Positions 55,201 through 64,000 of a stretch of 64,000 nt of DNA are shown here, in pieces. The first letter of the stretch is position 1. Every line of letters begins with the position of its first letter. Both the position numbers and the translations under genes were made by a program. The DNA comes from Pecten maximus (lineage: Eukaryota): positions 30,566,001 through 30,630,000 of the forward strand of contig NC_047023.1 of the NCBI RefSeq assembly GCF_902652985.1, read 5' to 3'. The notes beneath the pieces are model-generated. The model saw nothing but the letters and a program-made list of their open reading frames with translations, made no database searches and was not told the DNA's origin.

Positions 55201-56810
55201 CCTGTTCGTGTCAGAAGCAGGTGTGCATGCAGCTATTGCAGAGTACCTTCTGAGTCAGTCAGATAAGTCGCCTGACAATGAGCTTGGAGCCTTATATGTC
55301 AAACACAGAGGTACACAGTGTAACGAACCGTCCATGTCACCGTGTGTACGGTAAATCTAAACAACACAAGTTGTACAGTTTGAATGCCTATAACACGTCT
55401 CGAGGGAATATGGCAATGTAATTACGGATTCCTACAAACAGAGCTATAACTATCATGGTCCTTTCTCGATTGTGTTTACTGTCGATCGGAGCGTCTAATT
55501 GTCTCCCCGCGTAAAACCAGATCAACAAGGTTAGAATCTTGTGACTTTTTTCGTTTTGATTTCAATATTTATTCTTAATTTCAACAAAGGTATTTCCCCG
55601 ATATTTTGACAAATAGATCTCCTGATACCGTTCTTGAATTTAACAATCGCAAGTAAAATCTCGAAAACGTATTTTAAGTTGCTTTTTCAATACATCTTTA
55701 CGTGTATGTTGATCCTTTCAAAAATGTAATGTATGTAAACCTCGGGCACACCTACTAAAATATATCGTAAGATTATCGGCATTTATTACACATGACAACA
55801 TATCTAACACTCAAGCTTCTGATAATAACGCACAGTCTTATAGGTAAAAGAGACAAGTTACGTATATATTGATCTGTCGATAGATCATCTTGGTCTAGTG
55901 AACTATGCAGCGGTAGAGAAATGTCTCGAAACTCCTACGAATTTATAATCCTGCAGTCTGAATGTCAAATTAAATTAAGGCAGTGGTCTTCCTGCAATAT
56001 CGCCAGAATCACCACGAGTCGTGGAAGCTGTGTCTCTGGGAGACGAAAATAGATGGACATCTTTACAAGAATGTTAGTGTGTAAAATTAAGCTATGTCTG
56101 GTCAGTTCAATGACCCTCGGTCTGTGTAACGTGTGTACGTATTCCGACTGAACACGATCGTCAGAATACGCCAATTTGACATAGGGTTGATGGAAACACC
56201 AAAATAAAACCACTCTCTTGTGACGAAAAATGTCAAAATTTCCTGACACCAATATATCCCGATTGAAGGTATATCGATTTAAACGCATCCGTTATAATCT
56301 ATGTTCACCGTCATCCCTGTGTAATGTAATTTTATATTCATATTCAGTGCCTAAGTGTCTTGCTATTTTTTGTTGTTGTTTTTTTCATCCTTTTTTTATT
56401 TATTTATTTATTTATTTATTTGTCATTGTTTCTTCTCAATAGAAGGAACATAATCTATGAAAATAATTTAATATAATGTTTTATTCATTTGGTATGTTAC
56501 AGATCCTTACGTGAAGATATACCTTCTCTATAATGGCCAAAGAATCGCTAAAAAGAAGACGCATGTGAAAAAGCGAACACTGAACCCTGTGTTTAATGAG
56601 TCGTTTCTGTTCGATGTTCCTTACAATGAGGGTCTTCAAAACATCAGTCTGGAGTTCCTCGTGCTCGACTGGGATCGCGTCACTAAGAACGAGGTGATTG
56701 GTCGCCTCGAAGTTGGCGCCAGAACTAGCAGTCAGCAGCTGCATCATTGGAGCGAAGTCATCAACTGCCCCCGAAAGCAGATCGCCGAGTGGCACAAATT
56801 GAAGGAATGA
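19191..56810 (+). CDS. SYT4: Synaptotagmin-4/11 orthologue, about 426 aa (distal first exon) or 418 aa (proximal); exons 19191-19239 or 37776-37800, then 43137-43936, 53269-53392, 56503-56810
   Basis: N-terminal TM helix followed by a basic RRRR stretch and a linker. C2A carries the Syt4/11-diagnostic Asp-to-Ser change ([11 protein letters not shown]), C2B has KKKTHVKK and [10 protein letters not shown], and the C-terminus is WHKL. The exon layout resembles vertebrate SYT4. The 5' boundary is inferred. Confidence 0.85.
20933..24908. repeat. 38-bp minisatellite (TGTTTGTACATTACCATACCCAGTCTAAGGAAGGCATT), about 104 copies
   Basis: Directly visible head-to-tail array with recurring variants (CCGGACAC, GTCAAAGG, GGCTTCTG) and no spacers. 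Confidence 0.98.
29085..29495. repeat. Diverged 32-36-bp tandem repeat (GAAGCTGGCTATGCCGTGGCGATGGAGACCCAT-like), about 12 copies
   Basis: AAGCTGGCTA recurs about every 33 bp. Confidence 0.85.
31533..32496. repeat. Composite G-rich minisatellite of 30-bp (AACAGCACTGAACTGGGGGTGGGGGACAGA) and 24-bp units
   Basis: Directly visible. It accounts for the low-complexity ORFs at 31380-32519. Confidence 0.95.
34204..36249. repeat. 50-bp minisatellite (CTCTGATCTACCATTGGGAATATCATGTCCCGTAGGGAAGTACGTACACA), about 41 copies, with a 545-bp higher-order duplication
   Basis: Directly visible. Identical variant units recur 545 bp apart (34971/35516 and 35101/35646). Confidence 0.98.
37776..37800 (+). CDS. SYT4: Candidate proximal first coding exon of synaptotagmin-4 (MMQSDHDG)
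   Basis: ATG ATG CAA TCC GAC CAT GAT GGC G|GTAACT, 25 nt (phase 1), preceded by a CpG-rich stretch at about 37300-37630. Confidence 0.45.
40061..40560. mobile_element. 500-bp non-autonomous DNA transposon, IS3EU-type ends (TATGG...CCATA), long TIRs, 6-bp TSD ATAAGA
   Basis: About 78-bp near-perfect TIRs. ATAAGA lies at 40055-40060 and 40561-40566. There are subterminal AAAACGCGAGAATGCG repeats. The superfamily is inferred from the end motif and TSD length. Confidence 0.88.
43137..43936 (+). CDS. SYT4: Synaptotagmin-4 exon 2 (TM, linker, C2A)
   Basis: tttttttcag| acceptor (phase 1) and AAA|GTAAGT donor. C2A motifs DPYVK and SFDRFSRDE are present. Confidence 0.96.
47019..47202. mobile_element. 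Degenerate short TA-flanked MITE-like remnant
   Basis: Ends ta-gCTGT...TCAGta with internal TTCGCG/CGCGAA motifs. Pattern resemblance only. Confidence 0.3.
49578..49709. mobile_element. 132-bp palindromic (fold-back) element in synaptotagmin intron 2
   Basis: Arms TACGTATCAT..TCGCACAGTGTCTG..AGATTACCTCGTGC and GCACGAGGTAATCT..CAGGCATTGTGCGA..ATGATACGTA. Confidence 0.75.
49976..50117. mobile_element. 142-bp MITE-like element with 27-bp terminal inverted repeats
   Basis: AACGAGTGACGGTTGTTTATCATGTTT and AAATATGATAAACAACTGTCACTTGTT (3 mismatches). Confidence 0.65.
52610..52741. repeat. Local 70-bp tandem duplication
   Basis: ACTTGAT.TTGGCCTTTA.GGCGTTATATTTTAC...GTAATGT.ATCTCTATTTGTCATAT occurs twice. 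Confidence 0.8.
53269..53392 (+). CDS. SYT4: Synaptotagmin-4 exon 3 (start of C2B: [37 protein letters not shown])
   Basis: ttcttcag| acceptor and TCAG|GTGAGA donor (phase 1). Confidence 0.95.
56503..56810 (+). CDS. SYT4: Synaptotagmin-4 last coding exon (rest of C2B)
   Basis: ttacag|AT CCT TAC GTG restores DPYVK. It includes [19 protein letters not shown] and ends [13 protein letters not shown]. Confidence 0.96.
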
Positions 56811-59759
56811 ATCGGACGTCATTTAAATGGAATTTAGTCTAAACTTAACACTGTGGCTATATATTGACTAACATGCATGTATTTAAACTAAGAATCGGTT
56901 TGTCAACTGTTATTTCGTGAAACAGACATTGAGCTACAAATAAATATGTGATACACAGTTTAACTTACATGCATGTACATAAAATTGACGTAGGTATGAA
57001 ACCGGAGGATGGATTCAATCTAGAATAATAAGAATGTTACCTAGAAAATATTCCCCTACAACCATATAAGGAGCCTAAATGTCATACCTTACTTAAAGGA
57101 AAATGTACAGAAAAATTAAGAGGCATATACGAGGAACGGAAATTTCCTAGTTTACAGTTCATCAGAAATATACGGGATTACACGTGTTGTTCAAATCTAT
57201 TCGTGATACACAAACATAGGAGGACTATATACAAATCAATACGTTAATATATCCTTAATAGAAACGTTCCGTTGCCATCAGTATCAATGTACTGTTCTAA
57301 AACATGTTCTTAATCATTGAGATAAAACATGTACTTATTCAGTATCCTCAATAATTACATATATTTGCGGGATTTGTTATTTAAACTGTGTAGTAGATGC
57401 AATCGATTAACCTGCTCGACGCCTTCCGAAAATTATGTCATTGCGCACCAGTTTTCGAGTTTTCGGTGAATATCCCTTTCGCTGTATCTCAAACAGATAA
57501 AGTAGGTCCAATATTGTGATCGCAGTGTTATTTGATGTTTGAGTCGAGCAACAATATTTTCCCCACCTTTAAACCAAATATGTACAGCTCTGTTAAAAAA
57601 GAGAGAGAAGCGTTGTCAATACTAATTCCATGGAGGCGATACACAAATATATACTGAACGGCTACACCGACACCAAAGAAAGCCCGCCTAATGGAAATAG
57701 CCAAGCGAGACCCGCTGACACCCATTCGGAAACAAATTAGCGACTTCTTTTAAATCAATTTACCACTCTAGAAAGACCAGATAATAGTAAGAATTTCCCC
57801 TAATGGATGTGTAATAAAACCCGGAAATTTTATATCCGTGAAGTACTCTTGTAATTGATAGAAATTAGTGTCAGATTTGTGCAATTCCAGGTTAAAAAGA
57901 GGTCGTTCAATCAATTAGATCGATCTACGAGTTTGTAAATACTGTAATTTTCTATGCTAAATCAATTAATACCAGGCAAGGCACTATGATTTGAACAGTC
58001 ACCAAGAGTATCTCCTAAGACTTAAGTCAGCTGCATTTTGTTGTTGTATTTGACAGCAACGTGGTATTTTCTATCTAATACAAAATTTTGAAACAATTAA
58101 TCACCTTCAGCATTGTGAAAATCCATTATATATTAGAGAAACGTATAAACTTATCTTTGGACACAGTACTGGGTGTTTGTGCCAAGGCAACAGAATGCTT
58201 AAGCATGGTAATCGTTGTGTCTGTATGATGCCTTGGTCATTGTACGACACGGGTTGATACGATAATAACTGTAGTGAAAGATATTGTTAATGTGTCAACC
58301 CTGTTTGAACCAAGTGATATGTTGATGTTTCGAGATACCGAGGTCAGGAATGATATTGTGTAGATTAGAGATAATGGGGATACATAGTCGCACCCAATGT
58401 TGATTCGAAATATCGAGGTCTGGCAGTCGAACACATTGCTGTGTTGATTCGAGATATTGGAGTTTGGCAGGCGAACCAGATGTTGTGTTCATTCGAGATA
58501 TCAAAGTATGACTATTAAGAGGTGTATTGAGGTCAGAATGTTGGCTTTTCCTTTTATATTTTTGCAGGTTATACCTTTATGTAATAACTGAAAAATGTGA
58601 CGTAGACGGAAACTAAATGTTTTTGTTCTAATATATTCAACACTATTGCTATAATACGTCACATATTTTATATTGCTAAATTCTATGAAAAAAATCCTAG
58701 TTTACGTTACGTTTGAAGCGATAAGAACATTATTGATAAACACTAGTAAAGTTTACGAGAGAAAGACCCCCTTAGTTACACGTAACAAGAGAAAAGATGA
58801 TTGTTGATAAAGTAATATTTTGCTATGATATATTTTTCAAAAGATATTATTGCATTCAATGGATGTTTTGTTTGTCTATCGTCGAGAACCTAGAAGTGAA
58901 AACCTAGAGAGAAATGACATTGGAAAAACAATTTGATTTACTGTAAAATTAAATAAACAGTTGCACATCACTTACATTGTTTTGTTTTTTATTATTGGCT
59001 TATTTTTCAAATCATCTCGTCATGAAGATAAATATAAACTTTGCGAATTAAGTTTCATCCTATAGAGGCAATGTGAACATTTAATAATCCATGTTACATC
59101 TCATTCTTCTTCGGGATCACAAGTATGATTCCAGATGTTATCATTAAGTTTCATAGCTACTGTTTTATGAGGTAGAAATAGGTCAAAATAATCTTGTTAA
59201 GTTGCTTTGAATATCACAATCAATTGTTGACAGTTTCCTTTTGCCCTGCCAATGTCAGTTTGCTGAAATAAATACCTTTGTTAGGCACGTTTCTTTAGAA
59301 GTTCAGAGATCATGTCAGCACTTACACATGACTGTGATCACTACGAATTTTGAAACTCTGGCATAAGTAAGAATATATGCGCTGTTTTTATTAAGCATTA
59401 CGATTGCATGAGACTGACGATAGGGGAGTTTTCCTGGCTTGGTAATAAACACTATGCTCTAATCTCTATTTCAATAAGAACAGGAATTTGGACTGCGATT
59501 AACAGGTTTTTGATAATATCACAGGCATGAAGTATACTTTGCAAACTACATAGATATCGAAGTCGTCATCAAGCTTATCTCCTTGTTGTGAACCAGATAG
59601 AAAAGTTCCGAAAGAACCACCAAGAGAAAAAATGGTAAACGGACAAGAAGTATGTTAGTAAACGGCCATGTGGAATGGTGGTCTAGGGGAATGAAAGTAA
59701 ACGGCCAATGGGAATGCTGATAAATGGTCAAGAAGAATGGTTGTAAACAACGTAAAGGC

Positions 59760-61170
59760 TTGAGCCAAGAGAAATGGTGGGACACGGCCAAGGGGAATAG
59801 TGGGAAACAGCCAAGGGGAATGGTGGAAAACAGCCAAGAGAAATGGTAGGAAACGGCCAAGGGGAAAGGTGGGAAACAGACAAGAGAAATGGTGGGACAC
59901 GGCCAAGGGGAATAGTGGGAAACAGCCAAGGGGAATGGTGGAAAACAGCCAAGAGAAATGGTAGGAAACGGCCAAGGGGAATGGTGGAAAACAGTCAAGG
60001 GAAATGGTGGAAAATAGCCAGGACAAATGGTAGGAAACGGCCAATACGAAAGGTGGGAAACAGCCAAGAGAAATGGTGGGACACGGCCAAGGGGAATGGT
60101 GGGAAACAGCCAAGGGAAATGGTGGGAAACAGTCAAGGGGAATGGTGGGAAATAGCCAAGAGAAATGGTGGGGAAACGGCCAAGGGGAAAGATGGGAAAC
60201 AGCCAAGAGAAATGGTGGGACACGGCCAAGGGGAATGGTGGGAAACAGCCAAGGGGAATGGTGGGGAAACGGCCTAGAGAAATGATGGGAAACCGCCAAG
60301 GGCAATGGTGGGAAACAGCTAAGGGCAATGGCGGAAAACAACGAAGGGGAATGGTGGGAAACAGCCAAGAGAAATGGTGGGAAACAACAAAGGGGAATGG
60401 TGGGGAAATAGCCAAGGGGAATGTTGGGGACACAGCCAAGAGAAATGGTGGGGAAACAGCCAAGGGCAATGGTGGGAAACAGCTAAGGGCAATGGCGGAA
60501 AACAACGAAGGGCAATGGTGGGAAACAGCCAAGAGTAATGATGGGAAACGGCCAAGGGGAATGGTGGGAAATAGCCAAGGGGAATGGTGGGAAACAGCCA
60601 AGGGGAATGGTGGGGACACAGCCAAGAGAAATGGTGGGGAAACAGCCAAGGGCAATGGTGGGAAACAGCTAAGGGCAATGGCGGAAAACAACGAAGGGCA
60701 ATGGTGGGAAACAGCCAAGAGTAATGGTGGGAAACGGCCAAGGAGAATGGTGGGGAAACAACAAAGGGGAATGGTGGGAAACAGCCAAGGGGAATGGTGG
60801 GGACACAGCCAGGAGAAATGGTGGGAAACAACCAAGGGCAATGGTGGGAAACAGCCAAGGGCAATGGCGGAAAACAACGAAGGGCAATGGTGGGAAACAG
60901 CCAAGAGAAATGGTGGGAAACGGCCAAGGGGAATGGTGGGGAAACAGCCAAGGGGAATGGTGGGAAACAGCCAAGGAGAATGGTGGGGAAACGGCCAAGA
61001 GAAATGGTGGGACACGGCCAAAGGCAATGGTGGGAAACAGCCAAGGGGAATGGCAGAAAACAACGAAGGGGAATGGCGGAAAATAGCCAAGAGAAATGGT
61101 GGGAAACAGTCAAGGGGAATGGTGGGAAATAGGCAAGGGGAATAGTGGGAAACGGTCAAGGAAACAGCCA
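59760..61170. repeat. 23-24-bp purine-rich minisatellite (GGGAAACAGCCAAGGGGAATGGT), about 60 copies, with degenerate flanks to about 59615 and 61255
   Basis: Directly visible. It accounts for the ORFs at 59546-61216. Confidence 0.96.
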
Positions 61171-63176
61171 AAAAAAATAATGATAAACGACCATGAAGAA
61201 TAGTAGGAAACAGCAAAGGGGATTGGTGGTAGTCGACCGAGAGGAATGGTGGTAGTTTCTATCCAGACCTTTTCAAGATCCGTCTCAAGATCAGTTCTCT
61301 ATTTAAAATAAGGGTTATGATCCATCACCTTATGATGTCATTATCAGAAAAAAAAGTGTTATTAAGACGAGTTCGAGAAAAACTGGGAATACCAATTCGA
61401 CATCAATAAAGATTTATTTCCTAGGGAACAGATATTGATATGATAATTATAATCGTTATCATGACATATATCTGGAGCATGATGTTTATCTTTGTTTGGG
61501 TTAATGTTTACATATTATGGTAAGGAGTTTATGTACATTAATTCGACATTAATTCAGAGAACGGACTAAAAATGAACGAAACAACACTGACATTAATAAT
61601 TGTATTGATTGTGAAGTGCCATTTAGAAGGGCCGAATTGACAAACTTGTCATGAGAGAACCGAACTGATACGGAGATGTGTCTGACCAAATTACATCTAT
61701 AACATTTTCATATTGATTCGGTCCTTTGCCGCCTACTAGCTTCTCCAATAATACAACATAACAATTTTCACAAAATGGAAAACCACAAGGCGCTGTGGGA
61801 AATGAAATTCGATTTACTAACATGTACTCCAAACTACATATATGTCTCTAGAAGTGAATGATGGTAGAAGGTCATATTATTAGTTTTTCCTACACAATCT
61901 TACATCATATCAACGTGTAACTTGGAGAAAATATCATAAAGTATAAGAAGTTATGTTACTTATGTAAGTACTTATGTAAACCTCTACTAAAGACTGATAG
62001 TATCGCCCTGAGGTATTGGTGACGAGAGCAATCTAAAGTGATGAAAGCCCTTCTACCAAGAAGCGGATTGATATATAATTATCTATACCGATACGAAATA
62101 ACAAGATTAATGATACGATGTAAAAGTGACACGCATGCAAAAACTTCGAATTGAAGCGTCCAAACCATCAATGGTTTTAGCATACATCAAAATGTAAAAT
62201 GAAATACTATTTTCAATATCGTTCCACACGAAAGTAAACTATTTTTGAGAGGATTTATATCAATTTAATTCTGACGTTGCATGAAGCAGATGATATGTAG
62301 TTCAGTAATATAATAACAATTAAACTTATACTCTGTTTTCAGATAAACAAAATTTCAATAAGATCAATTTGGAACCTAAAATCACAGTGATCGTCTCTGT
62401 CATTCCGGTGACATCGATCACTATCAAGCCCAGCGATAAACCCAGTGCCGCCAGATTTTGATCCTGGTAAATACGACTACTGCGGTAATCTCGACTAATT
62501 TGTATCATTGATAGTTTCTATATATTCTGCCGCTCTGCTTCGCATCCATGCCATCGGTATCGGAAGCTTCTATATATTTGCCAGTTATCTGTAGAAGTAG
62601 GACGCATTTAGATATTGGCGTGGTCGGTCGCCATCGAACACATGCTGCTTTTCAGTATGCTTGCAAACATTGACGCTCGATATTTCGGTATAGCCGAATA
62701 ATTTTCTTTTGACCCCAGATATGAGTCGACAGGTGGCGTTACTGGTCAAGATGAAGTATGTGATTAGTCAATGTAGCGGTAAATGCAAAATGCAGATATG
62801 GATGTATCTTTTCAAATGACACATTAATAAAATCATATTCCTGATTCAAATGCAGTCTTATTATCACCAAAACTGATTTAAACAGATATAATTTTGTTAT
62901 CCGTGCTGTTTTACGTTTTAACCACCGGCATTAAAACTATGCCGTTTATCTTTTTAAATATATTTCTTGTTTCAAATTATAAACCTTTCCTAAAGTGTCA
63001 ATGTCATGTAGGATTAAAAGCTATGTTTGTCATTATTTCCTTACCGGAAGAATATTCGAAAATATTTCTTGAATTACCCTTGACAACAAGGTGAAATGGT
63101 CATATTACATGTATTGAAAAAGGAAATCTAACTTTGTTGCCACTAGACATATGTATGCCCTAGCCTGATGTATTAT

Positions 63177-63270
63177 AAGTTTATGAATGACTGTCGTTAT
63201 TGAGAGTCGGTGCCATTGTTGAATTACACGTGAAGTTTATGAATGACTGTCGTTATTAGAGTCAGCGCCA
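63177..63270. repeat. Short direct duplication (about 38 bp, 56 bp apart)
   Basis: AAGTTTATGAATGACTGTCGTTATT.AGAGTC.G.GCCA occurs twice. Confidence 0.75.
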
Positions 63271-64000
63271 AGGTCTGAACTGCTGTATCGAGACCTGAAT
63301 GTTGAAGCGTCAGCAGTTACGTGACGTGTGTGGGCGACAAGCCATCGTCTTCAGCACCATCCCTAGAGAATACGGCTGTATACAGTGTCAGACAGGCAGC
63401 ATAAATGGACGCAAATAAAATCGTCCTCAGCGTTATAGTGATCCTGTATATGAACAAATTACTACCATATCATATATGAGCCTCACAATGTGTATCTCAT
63501 TTGATAGCTGTTTGAATTGCTTACTCCCACAAAAGAAATATATATATATGTATAATTTCATTGTAACAAAGGTTACGTGCGTGTATCCTGATCACATGGC
63601 CATTTTACTGATATTTCTATACAACATTTCTGTCATAAGTATCATGTGATATCGGTGGTTTTCATCCTGGTGTAAAATTACCAATATAAAAAGTACTGAA
63701 CTATTGGTAACCTAAGATTTTACATTTTGCTATTATATCTGATAGTCCATGATATCACTGAACTAACCCCTACACCACCTAAGTCAGTGTCATACTTGGT
63801 AGCGTGATGCCAAATTTAGAGCAGATTCAGAAAGGCCGGATGTCGTATATACTCTTGTTTCATGACGGATTGTTGTTCAGTATCTCATTAATGGCAGAGC
63901 TAAATGAATTAACACGCTATTCACCACACAGTAACACGATTTAGTAATCAACTGGACACGCATTGAGCCTCTCAAAGCGCTATAGAAACCAAATGGGTTA

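Noticed and set aside
59546-61216. 556-aa and related ORFs
   Set aside because: Translations of the 23-24-bp array with cyclic frame switching.
61623-62508. Short minus-strand ORFs as terminal exons of a neighbouring gene
   Set aside because: No recognisable domain and no convincing splice acceptor.

Overview
AT-rich, intron-containing animal genomic DNA. The repeat types and gene content suggest a mollusc, probably a bivalve (inference). The window holds three tandem, five-exon ependymin-related (EPDR) genes on the minus strand (4655-15674). A synaptotagmin-4/11 gene lies on the plus strand, with core exons 43137-43936, 53269-53392 and 56503-56810 and two candidate phase-1 first exons at 19191-19239 and 37776-37800. 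There are six large minisatellites, several MITE or palindromic elements, and a tandem cluster of minimal type-I hammerhead ribozyme motifs (17566-17728). Most long ORFs in the track are artefacts of the tandem repeats. The most unusual signals are two minisatellites that appear to be amplifications of an exon/5'-splice-site junction. One places about 33 consensus donors inside EPDR intron 2, and the other amplifies a putative ATG micro-exon. Also notable are a GC donor in one EPDR paralogue and an excess of perfect CRE palindromes inside the Syt4 locus. All gene models were derived by hand from the sequence; no database searches were run.
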